From the NCBI GenBank assembly GCA_947565185.1, contig CANODU010000002.1:27357-91356 (forward strand): a DNA stretch of 64,000 bases, given 5' to 3'. Origin of the DNA: an uncultured Eggerthellaceae bacterium (lineage in GTDB: Bacteria; Actinomycetota; Coriobacteriia; Coriobacteriales; Eggerthellaceae). Positions 1 through 9,519 of this stretch are shown here, in pieces. The notes under the pieces were generated by a model, which was given only the letters and a program-made list of their open reading frames with translations, was not told the DNA's origin and ran no database searches. The position numbers and the translations under genes are program-made. Positions within the stretch are counted from its first letter, which is position 1; each line of letters opens with the position of its first letter.

Positions 1-167
1 TCCACCGCACCTAACGAGGAGGCAACATGTCCCCCCGTCTTCGAGGTGGTGTCGATGATCTGCTCGCGGATCTCATCCGCAAGGATGCCCAGCTCCTCTA
101 TGCTCAAGAGGTGCAGATCCTGAGGAGATCGGATGCAATCCAGTATGCGCTTCTTACGCGTTGGCAT
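1..167 (-). CDS. dxs: 1-deoxy-D-xylulose-5-phosphate synthase, N-terminal fragment running off the window
   Basis: Own minus-strand translation from the ATG at 165-167 gives MPTRKKRILDCIRSPQDLHLLSIEELGILADEIREQIIDTTSKTGGHVASSLGAVE. This is the conserved DXS N-terminus, including GGH(V/L)ASSLG. There is no stop in the window, so it is absent from the ORF track. The start overlaps the xseB 3' end by 14 nt. Confidence 0.8.
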   Translation of the reverse strand, partial: MPTRKKRILDCIRSPQDLHLLSIEELGILADEIREQIIDTTSKTGGHVASSLGAV

Positions 168-441
168 GATCCTCCCGCGTGACGAAAGCGTTGCCCTCTG
201 GCTGGTCTTCCCTCATATCAGGCACAGCTTCCCCGTCCTGGACAGCGTCAGATATCGGATCCGCTTCGGAAGTCTCATCCATCAGGAGATCCTCCTCGCT
301 CACGTCGCATGCATGCAAGCCGATCTTGACGGCCTCCTCATAGAGCGCCAGCGCTTCATCCAAGGAGATATCAGGATCCTCCACCAGATCCGCTATCTCC
401 TCAAGGCGCGCCTTCGACTGATCGAACGTGAGGTCTTCCAC
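154..441 (-). CDS. xseB: exodeoxyribonuclease VII small subunit
   Basis: 95 aa. LTFDQSKARLEEIADLVEDPDISLDEALALYEEAVKIGLHAC fits the XseB helical-hairpin family. The GTG start directly abuts the nusB TAA stop. Confidence 0.8.
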   Translation of the reverse strand: MEDLTFDQSKARLEEIADLVEDPDISLDEALALYEEAVKIGLHACDVSEEDLLMDETSEADPISDAVQDGEAVPDMREDQPEGNAFVTREDHANA

Positions 442-909
442 TTACGCTTCCTCCTTGGCCCCAAGCGCCGCCTTGGCTGCTCCTCCATGGCCACCGTGTT
501 CCATCTGTCGCGCAACGCTCCCGAGCATCCCGTTGACGAACTTAGGGGAATCATCCTCGCCCCCGAAGCGCTTCGCCAGCTCCACCGCTTCGTTGATGGA
601 GACAGAGACTGGCACATCGTCCACATGGAGCATCTCGAAGAGCGCGATCCTCGTGATGGCCACATCCATCACGGGCATGCGCTCAAGCGTCCAATTCTTC
701 GCTGCCCCCGAGATGATGTCATCGATCTCAGATGCGTTATCCTCCACTCCGTAGATGAGCTTCAAGGCATAGTCGGATAACGGCGCCTCCAAGCAGTCCA
801 TCAGGTTGGAATCCAGCAGATCTCGGGCGCTCATGTTGCGGATGGCTGCCGAATAGAGGACCTGCGCTGCGCACCTTCGTGCAGTCGTTCTTTCGTGCTT
901 GCGTGCCAT
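442..909 (-). CDS. nusB: transcription antitermination factor NusB
   Basis: 155 aa. NusB-like sequence (ARRCAAQVLYSA..., VSINEAVELAKRFGGEDDSPKFVNGMLG) in the conserved position after asp23. Confidence 0.9.
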   Translation of the reverse strand: MARKHERTTARRCAAQVLYSAAIRNMSARDLLDSNLMDCLEAPLSDYALKLIYGVEDNASEIDDIISGAAKNWTLERMPVMDVAITRIALFEMLHVDDVPVSVSINEAVELAKRFGGEDDSPKFVNGMLGSVARQMEHGGHGGAAKAALGAKEEA

Positions 910-915
910 AGAGCT

Positions 916-1272
916 TTAGGATTGCGCGTTGAACTGGATGGCGTCGATATAGATGTCCACCTTGCTGACCTCGATGCCCACCTGCACCATGAGCGCCTCA
1001 GCGATGGCGCTGCGAAGCTTGTCGGCAAGATCGGGCAGGACATAGCCGTAGTAGACGCTCACATGCAAGGAGATCTCCAGCTTGCCGTCCTCATCCCGGC
1101 GCGTCTCGATGCCAGAGGTGGAAGGCCCACCGGTGAGCATGGCGCGGATGCCCGAAGTGACGGGCGACCCGATGCTGGCAACGCCATCGGTCTCTGAAGC
1201 GGTGATGGATATGATGGTATCCACGACACCGGGCGCGAGCGTCATGTTCTGCGCTTGTACGGAATCCGTCAT
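916..1272 (-). CDS. Asp23/Gls24 family alkaline-shock protein
   Basis: 118 aa. Asp23-family sequence (APGVVDTIISITASETDGVASIG...VSVYYGYVLPDLADKLR). It sits in the same slot as yqhY in the Bacillus accBC-yqhY-nusB block. Confidence 0.85.
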   Translation of the reverse strand: MTDSVQAQNMTLAPGVVDTIISITASETDGVASIGSPVTSGIRAMLTGGPSTSGIETRRDEDGKLEISLHVSVYYGYVLPDLADKLRSAIAEALMVQVGIEVSKVDIYIDAIQFNAQS

Positions 1273-2624
1273 AGCAAATCTCCCATCTGGGTCTCTATGA
1301 AGTCTGTCGTCGCGTCTCCTGCAACGAACACCTCATTATCCAACACGCGCTTATGGAAGGGGATGGTCGTGGCCACTCCCTCTATCTGGAACTCATCAAG
1401 CGCGCGCTTCGCACGGGCGATGGCCTCTGCGCGATCCTGTCCATGCACGATCAGCTTGGCTAAGAGCGAATCGTAATACGGGGATATCTTCGAACCCTCT
1501 TCCACGAACGTCTCCACGCGCACGCCCGGACCGCCCGGCAGGCGGAAGCGCGTCACCGTACCTGGCGAGGGACGGAAGGCGTGATCGGGGTCTTCGGCAT
1601 TGATGCGCATCTCGATGGCGTGACCCTCAGGAGAGAACGGCGCACGCGCAGCTGCGCTGATGGGCTCGCCCGCAGCGATGCGGATCTGCTCCTTGATGAT
1701 GTCCGTGTCCGTGATCATCTCGGTCACGGGATGCTCCACCTGCACGCGCGTGTTCATCTCCATGAAATAGAAATCCCCACGCTCATCCAGCAAGAATTCG
1801 ATGGTGCCCGCATTGCGGTAATCCACGGCGCGCACGGCACGGATGGCAGCGACGCCCATGGAGCGACGCGTCTCCTCATCGAGCGCTGGTGACGGAGCCT
1901 CTTCTAAGAGCTTCTGATGGCGCCGCTGGATGGAGCAATCGCGTTCGCAAAGGGCTATCTTGTTGTCGAAATCATCTGCCAGCACCTGGATCTCCACATG
2001 GCGCGGTCGCAGCACGAGCTTCTCCAAGTACACGCCATCATCGCCGAAGGCAGCTCCCGCCTCGGTGCGCGCAGCCTTGTACTGGCTCTCCAGCTCCTCC
2101 GGCGAATGCGCCTCGCGCATGCCCTTGCCGCCGCCACCAGCCGTGGCCTTGATGAGCACGGGATACCCCACGCGCTCTGCGAAGGCGCGCGCCTCATCTA
2201 CGGTGTCGCACAGGCCATCGGAGCCAGGGACGGTGGGCACGCCGCACGACGCCATGGTCTTGCGCGCCGTGGCCTTGTCCCCCATCTTCTCTATGCACTC
2301 GGCCGCAGGGCCGATGAACACGATGTCGTTCTCAGCGCACGCACGCGCGAAATCAGCGTTCTCCGCCAAGAAGCCGTAGCCGGGATGGATGGCTTGAGCG
2401 CCGGTGTTCTTCGCCGCTTCTATGATGTTGGCCATCTGAAGATAGCTCTGAGCAGAGGGCGCCGGTCCGATGCAGACAGCCTCATCGGCGTAGCGGACAG
2501 GCAGCGTATCCGCATCTTCGGTGGAATAGACGGCCACGGTCTTCACGCCCAACTCGCGGGCAGCCCGCATGACGCGCAGCGCTACCTCGCCTCGGTTCGC
2601 GACCAGGATCTTATCGAACATCAT
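1269..2624 (-). CDS. accC: biotin carboxylase (ATP-grasp) subunit of a biotin-dependent carboxylase
   Basis: 451 aa, full-length match to the AccC/PycA family (MFDKILVANRGEVALRVMRAARELG..., EMNTRVQVEHPVTE). 4-nt overlaps with both neighbours. Confidence 0.93.
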   Translation of the reverse strand: MMFDKILVANRGEVALRVMRAARELGVKTVAVYSTEDADTLPVRYADEAVCIGPAPSAQSYLQMANIIEAAKNTGAQAIHPGYGFLAENADFARACAENDIVFIGPAAECIEKMGDKATARKTMASCGVPTVPGSDGLCDTVDEARAFAERVGYPVLIKATAGGGGKGMREAHSPEELESQYKAARTEAGAAFGDDGVYLEKLVLRPRHVEIQVLADDFDNKIALCERDCSIQRRHQKLLEEAPSPALDEETRRSMGVAAIRAVRAVDYRNAGTIEFLLDERGDFYFMEMNTRVQVEHPVTEMITDTDIIKEQIRIAAGEPISAAARAPFSPEGHAIEMRINAEDPDHAFRPSPGTVTRFRLPGGPGVRVETFVEEGSKISPYYDSLLAKLIVHGQDRAEAIARAKRALDEFQIEGVATTIPFHKRVLDNEVFVAGDATTDFIETQMGDLL

Positions 2625-4510
2625 GCGCTCTCCGGCGGGACGGTCTGGATCTTCTCATGCGGCTCGATATAGAAGAGCACCGTGCCATATTCCACGGGCG
2701 TTGCATCATCCAAGCACACCTCGCGCACCGTGCCCATCTCCTCAGCCGCTATCTCATTCATGAGCTTCATGGCCTCCACGATGCAGAGCGTCTCCCCTGC
2801 AGCCACCTCATCTCCCACCTTGACGAAGGGCGCTTCTCCTGGCGCCGGTGCCTCGTAGTAGGTGCCCACCATGGGAGCAGTGACGGCATACCACGTGGCC
2901 GGACGCTCCTCGACTGCTGCTTGGGGCTCTGGCGCGGGAGCGGCTGCGGCAGGCTGCGCAGCGGCGATGGTGGGAGGCTGCAAAGCAGCCGCATTCTCCT
3001 TGCCTTCGCCGGGCATGCGAATGGCTACGCGCACGCCCTCCTCTTCCACGACGATCTCCCCGATCCCGCTCTCTTGGACGAGCTCAGCGAGCTGCCTTAT
3101 CTGGTTGATATCCACGTAATCGTCCTCCTTGGTGCCTGAAGACTCCTGCTCTAGCATGAAGTCGACCTTCTCCGATGTGCGATGCTTGCTCAAGTAGGTG
3201 CGCGCCTCATTCGGGAAGAGCGCGTACATGAGCACATCCTCTTCGCTGTGCGCCAGATCCCCGATCTCTTCGGCCACCTCTTCGTAGGTGGTGGTGACCA
3301 GCGTGCCGGGAGCCACATTCGGATCCAGGATCTCCTGCCCATCGGTCACCTTCGCGACGATGGCAGGATCCATGCGTCCGGGCGCTTTGCCATAGAAGCC
3401 GCAGATGTAGTCCTTCATCTCCTTGCTGATGACGCTCCAGCGCTTGCCTGTGAGCACGTTGAACACAGCCTGCGTGCCCACGATCTGCGAGAGCGGCGTC
3501 ACGAGCGGCGGATAGCCCACCTCAGCGCGGACCTTCGGGATCTCTGCCATGACCTCAGGGAGGCGATCCCCGGCCTTCTGCACCTCCAATTGGCTCATGA
3601 GGTTCGACATCATGCCGCCGGGCACCTGATGGGAATAGACCTTCATGTGCGTGAGAGACGACACGCCGCGCTTGTAATGGCCGCGCTTGCGGATCTCTTC
3701 CCAGTATTCGGAGATCTCGAAGAGGAGATCCAGATCAAGGCCCGTGTCATAGCGGCTTTCCTGGAACGCCGCGACGATCATCTCGACGGCGGGATGCGAG
3801 TTGCCGAAGGCGAGCGGAGCATGGGCCGTATCAGCGATGGATGCGCCTGCCTCTGCAGCCTTGATGATGTTCGCCGGTGCCATGCCGCCCACGTAGTGGC
3901 AGTGGATATGCACCGGTATGCCGATCTCTGCGTTGAAGGCCTTCACCATGCGCTCGGTCCGATAGGGCGTGAGCATGCCGGCCATGTCCTTGATGGCGAT
4001 GCTGTCAGCGCCCAGATCCTTCAGCGCCTGCCCGTATTCCAGGAAGCTGTCCAGCGTGTGCACAGGAGATATGGTGTATGAGATGGCTCCTTCGAAGTGC
4101 GCGCCGCACGCCTTGATGGCTTCCGCGTTGTCCACGACGTTGCGGATGTCGTTCAGCGCGTCGAATACGCGAAAGACCTCGATGCCGTTTCGGTGAGCAG
4201 CCTCGATGAAGTGGAAGACGATGTCACGGGAATAGTGCTTGTATCCCACCAAGTTCTGACCACGGGAGAGCATGGACAGCGGCGTGTTGGGCGTGTTCGC
4301 CTTGATGGAGCGCAAGCGCTCCCATGGGTTCTCATCCAGAAAGCGCAGACAGGAATCGAATGTCGCCCCGCCCCATGCCTCTATGGCCCAATACCCCACC
4401 TTGTCCATCTTCGGGAGGATGGGGAGCATCTCGCCTATCTGCATGCGCGTGGCCCAAAGGCTCTGTTGGCCGTCGCGGATCGTGGTGTCCATGATCTGTA
4501 ATCTGGCCAT
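2621..4510 (-). CDS. 5S/OadA/PycB-type carboxyltransferase fused to an AccB-like biotin carboxyl carrier protein (probable pyruvate carboxylase subunit B)
   Basis: 629 aa. The N-terminal roughly 460 aa are carboxyltransferase (IMDTTIRDGQQSLWATRM...). An AccB-like segment follows (INQIRQLAELVQESGIGEIVVEEEGVRVAIRM), then a Pro/Ala linker and a biotinyl domain with CIVEAMKLMNEI. Strong SD AAGGAGGTG precedes the ATG. Confidence 0.85.
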   Translation of the reverse strand: MARLQIMDTTIRDGQQSLWATRMQIGEMLPILPKMDKVGYWAIEAWGGATFDSCLRFLDENPWERLRSIKANTPNTPLSMLSRGQNLVGYKHYSRDIVFHFIEAAHRNGIEVFRVFDALNDIRNVVDNAEAIKACGAHFEGAISYTISPVHTLDSFLEYGQALKDLGADSIAIKDMAGMLTPYRTERMVKAFNAEIGIPVHIHCHYVGGMAPANIIKAAEAGASIADTAHAPLAFGNSHPAVEMIVAAFQESRYDTGLDLDLLFEISEYWEEIRKRGHYKRGVSSLTHMKVYSHQVPGGMMSNLMSQLEVQKAGDRLPEVMAEIPKVRAEVGYPPLVTPLSQIVGTQAVFNVLTGKRWSVISKEMKDYICGFYGKAPGRMDPAIVAKVTDGQEILDPNVAPGTLVTTTYEEVAEEIGDLAHSEEDVLMYALFPNEARTYLSKHRTSEKVDFMLEQESSGTKEDDYVDINQIRQLAELVQESGIGEIVVEEEGVRVAIRMPGEGKENAAALQPPTIAAAQPAAAAPAPEPQAAVEERPATWYAVTAPMVGTYYEAPAPGEAPFVKVGDEVAAGETLCIVEAMKLMNEIAAEEMGTVREVCLDDATPVEYGTVLFYIEPHEKIQTVPPESA

Positions 4511-4571
4511 AGGCGCACCTCCTTTATGAGCGTATCAAAGTCCTTGTTTTCGAACGTCCTATTATAGAGGA

Positions 4572-4601
4572 AAGGACACCGGTGCTTCGACCAGTGTCCT
4601 T
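4572..4601 (-). terminator. stem-loop after efp (about 11-bp stem, one G-U)
   Basis: The inverted repeat aaggacaccgg / ccagtgtcctt lies 24 nt downstream of the efp stop. A perfect TATAAT (minus strand, 4561-4566) follows it, ahead of the carboxylase operon. Confidence 0.5.
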
Positions 4602-4624
4602 GAACGGCTTGTAGCGCAGTTGCG

Positions 4625-5188
4625 CTAGACGCGCTTGATGAAGCGACCGTCGCGCGTGTCCATCTGGAGCACGTCGCCGATCTCTATGAATGTGGGGACC
4701 TGCACCTCGATGCCCGTCTCAAGCGTGGCCGGCTTGGTGGTGCTGGTGGCCGTATCGCCCTTGAAGCCGGGTTCGGTATGGGTGACCTCCAGCTCCACGA
4801 ACATAGGAGGCTCGATGGAGATGAGCTCATCGCCCGCATAGAGCAGGGATGCCTCATCGTTCTCCTTGAGCCACTTCGCCGCCTCTCCTACCACAGAAGC
4901 CGGGATGGACATCTGCTCGTAGGTGTCGTTATCCATGAAGTTGTAATCAGCGCCATCGTTGTAGAGGTATTGCATCTTCTTGGTCTCAAGGCGCACCGAA
5001 TCGAACTTCGTGCCTGAATTGAAGGTGTAATCCACCACGCGCCCCGTCTTGATGTCCTTGAGCTTCGTGCGGACGAAGGCTCCACCCTTGCCAGGCTTGA
5101 CGTGCTGGAACTCGACGATGGTGCACATCTTGCCATTGTTGACGATGCACATGCCATTGCGGAAATCTGCTGTAGATACGGTTGCCAC
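4625..5188 (-). CDS. efp: elongation factor P
   Basis: 187 aa. EF-P sequence (STADFRNGMCIVNNGKMCTIVEFQHVKPGKGGAFVRTKLK). GTG start preceded by SD AAAGGAAG. Confidence 0.95.
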   Translation of the reverse strand: MATVSTADFRNGMCIVNNGKMCTIVEFQHVKPGKGGAFVRTKLKDIKTGRVVDYTFNSGTKFDSVRLETKKMQYLYNDGADYNFMDNDTYEQMSIPASVVGEAAKWLKENDEASLLYAGDELISIEPPMFVELEVTHTEPGFKGDTATSTTKPATLETGIEVQVPTFIEIGDVLQMDTRDGRFIKRV

Positions 5189-5239
5189 TTCTTCGCTTCC
5201 TTTCGATCAATTCGACGTAGGGGCATTATATCGGTAACA

Positions 5240-7273
5240 TCATCCCAGGGCGAACGTGAGACGTGCCAGCAGCGGATCTGCTGCCACCAGGCGCACGGTG
5301 AGCGCATCCCCCAAGCGGAACGTCGTGTTCGAATCGACGCCCGAAAGCGTCATGCGAACCGGATCGAAGGCAAGGTACTCATCGCCCAAGCCACGTACGG
5401 GGATGAGCCCCTCAGCGCAATTCTCAAGCTGCACATACAGCCCATGGCTGGCCACGCCCGATACCGTCGCTGTGAAGGACTGGCCGAGGTGCTGGCTCAT
5501 ATACACGCACATGAGCGCGCGCGTAGCGTCTTGCGACGCGGATTCCGCATCGCGCTCCTTGGTGGAGCTATGATCGCAAGAGGTGCGCATCTGATCTGCC
5601 ATGGCCCAAGCTGTGCGCTCATCGGCGCGCCATGCGCACTTGAGCGCCCGATGCACCATAAGATCAGGATAGCGTCGGATGGGGCTCGTGAAATGGCAGT
5701 ACGCATCCAGCCCCAACCCATAGTGGCCACGGTCATCCATGCTGTAGAGCGCGCGGGACATGCAACGCAGAAGCAGCGTGGATACGAGCGCTTCCTCCGC
5801 GCGCCCCGATGCAGCCGCCAGTACCTCTTGGATGGCATACGGGTCAGCCACGGCAAGGCGCCGTGCCATGTCGCGCGTGAACCAAGGGAACTCCTGCATC
5901 ACCGGCAGCAGGCCCGCGATGCCATCAGCTGGTGGCGGCTCATGGTTGCGGAAAGCGCACGGATAATGGGCATCCTCCAGATGATGGGCCACCACCTCAT
6001 TCGCGAAGATCATGGCCTCTTCGATGAGCGCGGTGGCTGGCGTCTTCTCGCGCACATCCACGCCCACCGGCTCCCCCTCCCCATCCAGGCGCACCTTCGC
6101 CTCCTTGGTATGGAACTCAAGCCCACCTGTCTTGGCTCGCGCGCACAGGCGTGCGCACGCGATGGCATGGGCCTGCTCTATGCGAGGACGCAGCGCATCC
6201 AGCACAGGCGCGCGAAAGGGCAAGGCATCTGTGCGCCCTTCCAAGATATCCAGTGCTTGGTCATAGTCAAGACGCGCCGATGAGCGCATCACGGCAGGAT
6301 AGATGTCCGAAGAGATGAGGCTCAGATCCTTGCGCAGGAGGAGGTCCACGCTCATACAGAGCCTATCCTCTCCCGGATTCAGCGAGCAGAGGTCGCACGA
6401 GAGCTCCTCTGGGAGCATGGGTATCACGCGATCGGGCAGATAGACGCTGGTGGCTCGAGTGCGCGCCTCCAGGTCGAGGGCGCTGCCATACGGCACGTAT
6501 CGGGATACGTCAGCGATATGGATGCCGAGCCTCACATGCGCATCGGCCGGAGCATCTGGCAGGCTTGAAGCATCGTCTACAGAGAGCGCATCATCGAAAT
6601 CCCGTGCATCGGCTGGGTCGATGGTGAAGATGAACCGGTCCCGGATATCACGGTATCCATCCTTGAGCGCCTGCACCACATCCATGCGCGCGCTCTTCGC
6701 CTCGCTAAGGACCGCATCTGGAAAGGCCGTTGGCAGCTTATGGGACGCGATCACCTGCTCGATGAGGAGAGCCGTATCCTGAGAATCCCCGATGACCTCT
6801 TCCACGACGCCGCATGCCGCGCTCTTGCGCGTTGGGTATTCGGTGATGGCCACGCGGACGATGCTCCCATCCGCGATATGGGGCGCATCGCTTCGACGCG
6901 TGAAGATATCATGGCGGATGCGCGGATCCAGCGGCACGACGATGCCGAAGGGCTCCGCCACATCGTAGCGGCCCACGACAGAGCTGTGTGCCCGCTCCAC
7001 GACGTTCACCACGCGTCCCTCAGGACGGCGACCCTGCTCTTTGCGGTCGCGCTTCTCCCGATACGAACGCGATCCTTCGCGCTTGGTGGGAGCCACTTCC
7101 ACCACGTCTCCATCGAAGGCACCACCGGTCTTGGACCGAGGGATGAAGAACTCTCCTGCGGAGGTCTTGACGAACCCGAACCCTTGAGGATCCATCTCCA
7201 TGATGCCACGCGCGTAGGTGCGCGGCTTTCCCCGGGTAGGTCCGCGGCGTGTGCGTCTCTGCTTCGCTCCCAT
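5240..7273 (-). CDS. rnr: ribonuclease R
   Basis: 677 aa. Cold-shock/OB N-terminus, RNB catalytic core (FTIDPADARDFDDALS, HFTSPIRRYPDLMVHR) and a C-terminal S1 domain. Confidence 0.92.
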   Translation of the reverse strand: MGAKQRRTRRGPTRGKPRTYARGIMEMDPQGFGFVKTSAGEFFIPRSKTGGAFDGDVVEVAPTKREGSRSYREKRDRKEQGRRPEGRVVNVVERAHSSVVGRYDVAEPFGIVVPLDPRIRHDIFTRRSDAPHIADGSIVRVAITEYPTRKSAACGVVEEVIGDSQDTALLIEQVIASHKLPTAFPDAVLSEAKSARMDVVQALKDGYRDIRDRFIFTIDPADARDFDDALSVDDASSLPDAPADAHVRLGIHIADVSRYVPYGSALDLEARTRATSVYLPDRVIPMLPEELSCDLCSLNPGEDRLCMSVDLLLRKDLSLISSDIYPAVMRSSARLDYDQALDILEGRTDALPFRAPVLDALRPRIEQAHAIACARLCARAKTGGLEFHTKEAKVRLDGEGEPVGVDVREKTPATALIEEAMIFANEVVAHHLEDAHYPCAFRNHEPPPADGIAGLLPVMQEFPWFTRDMARRLAVADPYAIQEVLAAASGRAEEALVSTLLLRCMSRALYSMDDRGHYGLGLDAYCHFTSPIRRYPDLMVHRALKCAWRADERTAWAMADQMRTSCDHSSTKERDAESASQDATRALMCVYMSQHLGQSFTATVSGVASHGLYVQLENCAEGLIPVRGLGDEYLAFDPVRMTLSGVDSNTTFRLGDALTVRLVAADPLLARLTFALG

Positions 7274-7277
7274 GAGC

Positions 7278-8576
7278 CTACGATGCGCCGATCAGAGACC
7301 GAGCCGTATCCAAGGACACGAGCAGCTGCGTATCGTCTTCGCCCGTATCCCCCACGATGAGCTCAGGGGTCACGCCCGTTTCGTTGATGGAGCGTCCAGA
7401 CGGAGTCAGATAATAGGCAGCCGTATAGCGGATAGCACCTCCGAAGGTGAGCTCGCGCACCACCTGCACAGAACCCTTCCCCATAGTGGTCTGCCCAACG
7501 GTGGTAGCCCGCTGGTTGTCTTGGAGCGCCGCAGCCAGCACCTCAGCGGCCGATGAGGTGTAGCCGTTCACCAAGACCACCAAGGGCAAGCTGGTGATCG
7601 TGGCACCGCTTGCCACGCGCGTATTGACGCCGTCGAGCGTCTCGATGCCCACGAGCGTGCCCGAGGAGATGAACAAGCTTGCTGTATCCAAGGATTGCGT
7701 GAGGTAGCCACCCGGGTTGTCGCGGATATCCAAGACGAAGGCCTGCGCGCCTTGGGCCGTGAGCTCCAATACCGCCTTCTTCACGAGCTCAGCAGCAGAA
7801 GAGGTCATCTGACGCAACCGGATGTAGCCTACGTTCTCATCCATGATGGACCACGTGGCATTCTCGGCATCGTATTCCCTGCATTCCAGCGTGGTGGTGA
7901 ATTCCGTGCCATTCTCTGCATCCATGCTGATGGGGCGCATCCATGTGATGACGACGTTCTCGCCCTCCAGCTTGCCCAAAGCTCCGATCACCTCAGAGGC
8001 GGACCAGGAATGTTCGGAATCTCCGTTTATGGCTTCGACGAAATCGCCCTTGGTGACCCCTTTTGCCTGGGCTTCTGAGCCAGCCAAGACGTCGATGGCG
8101 TAGGCGCGGCCGTTGTAGTCGCCGAACAGCACGCCGATCCCCTTGTAGCCATTGGCTACGGATTCCTTGATATAGCTCTCATAATGCGCAGGGTCATAGT
8201 ACTCAGCGTACGGGTCTCCCGTAGCCTTCAAGAGGTCTGCCAGCATGGAATCTGTAGCATGAGGCAGATCGACCTTATCCATGCTGTAGGTCCCTAAGAT
8301 ATCCTCCACCTCGTCCACGCGCGCCGAGATCGCGTCATAGGTGGTCTTGGCTTGCTTGGCGTTCTTGTTCGCCGCCACGCTCTCGCTGCCCACGTTGATG
8401 CCGAGCGCTTCGGTGAGCTGCGTATTCGAGCGCAGCGCGAATCCGGCAACGAAGGCCAAGAGGATCACCAAGAATATGATGAGCGCAGATGCCATCTTCC
8501 GGTTGCGCGCATGTTCGCGAATGGACGCCGTCACCTTCTTGGCGTTCGCCGTGCTGTTCCTTCTCATGCGCGTCAT
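7278..8576 (-). CDS. S41 family carboxy-terminal processing peptidase (membrane anchored, PDZ domain)
   Basis: 432 aa. N-terminal TM helix, PDZ region, and the S41 core (FVLDIRDNPGGYL...VLVNGYTSSAAEVLAAAL). Confidence 0.88.
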   Translation of the reverse strand: MTRMRRNSTANAKKVTASIREHARNRKMASALIIFLVILLAFVAGFALRSNTQLTEALGINVGSESVAANKNAKQAKTTYDAISARVDEVEDILGTYSMDKVDLPHATDSMLADLLKATGDPYAEYYDPAHYESYIKESVANGYKGIGVLFGDYNGRAYAIDVLAGSEAQAKGVTKGDFVEAINGDSEHSWSASEVIGALGKLEGENVVITWMRPISMDAENGTEFTTTLECREYDAENATWSIMDENVGYIRLRQMTSSAAELVKKAVLELTAQGAQAFVLDIRDNPGGYLTQSLDTASLFISSGTLVGIETLDGVNTRVASGATITSLPLVVLVNGYTSSAAEVLAAALQDNQRATTVGQTTMGKGSVQVVRELTFGGAIRYTAAYYLTPSGRSINETGVTPELIVGDTGEDDTQLLVSLDTARSLIGAS

Positions 8577-8604
8577 CTTCGGTCCGTGAGCAGAGAGCGG
8601 TTCC

Positions 8605-9519
8605 CTAGACCTTCAAGTAGCGGCGCATGGCGATGGCCGATCCGATGAGGCCGATGACGATGCCAGCCACGACGAGTCCCGCATAGATCACGATGTAGGT
8701 GCTGTCTGGGATGGAGAAGTCCAAGAAGCGGATGGCGTTCTCCAGCTGCGGCAAGGCGAACATCCGAAGCAGCTGGATCACGATGACGGCCAAGATGGAG
8801 CCGATCAGCGCATGCAGCGCGCCTTCCATGAGGAAGGGCCCGCGGATGAAGCCGTTGGACGCACCCACCAAGCGCATGATGGCGATCTCCTTGCGGCGCG
8901 CCAAGATGGCAAGGCGGATGGTGTTGTTGATGAACACGAGCGCGATGAAGATCAAGAGCACGATGAGCGCGATGCCGATATAGCGCACGTAATTCGTGAG
9001 CTGGAAGAGGCGCTCGACGGTGCCTTGGCCATACTTGATGGAATCTCCCGGATTCTCGGGATCCTCGGAGATCTTCACGTAGTCAGGATTGCCCTCCACC
9101 GTTTCAGCCACGGATTGCACCGCTTGAGGGTCGGTGAGCTCGATGTCGATGGAGGCGGGCAGAGGATTCGTCCCGTCGAGCTGTTCGATGATCTCAGGGT
9201 TGGAGGTCATGGAATTGGAGAAGTTCTCAAGGGCCTGCTCTTTGGTGGTGAAGGAGACCTCAGCCACATCCCCTATCTGGGATATGTCTCCCATCACCTT
9301 CTGGATCTCCTCTTGCGGGGCGTCGTCGGCGACGTAGGCCGTGATGGTGACCTCGCTCTCAACGGAGCGCATGAGATTGTTGAGCATAGAGCCAGCCACG
9401 AAGAAGACGCCGATGATGAGCAGCGACAAGAAGATGGTGATGATGGAGCCGAGCGCTGTGGAGAGATTCCGGGCGAACCCTTGCAGCGATTCTTTGAAGA
9501 AGTAACCGATGCTAGACAT
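8605..9519 (-). CDS. ftsX: cell-division ABC transporter permease-like protein FtsX
   Basis: 304 aa. FtsX topology with a large extracellular loop and C-terminal TM helices. Overlaps ftsE by 8 nt. Confidence 0.9.
   Translation of the reverse strand: MSSIGYFFKESLQGFARNLSTALGSIITIFLSLLIIGVFFVAGSMLNNLMRSVESEVTITAYVADDAPQEEIQKVMGDISQIGDVAEVSFTTKEQALENFSNSMTSNPEIIEQLDGTNPLPASIDIELTDPQAVQSVAETVEGNPDYVKISEDPENPGDSIKYGQGTVERLFQLTNYVRYIGIALIVLLIFIALVFINNTIRLAILARRKEIAIMRLVGASNGFIRGPFLMEGALHALIGSILAVIVIQLLRMFALPQLENAIRFLDFSIPDSTYIVIYAGLVVAGIVIGLIGSAIAMRRYLKV

Noticed and set aside
5102-6283. 393-aa plus-strand ORF.
   Set aside because: It is the antisense shadow of rnr and part of efp. It has no motifs and no SD.
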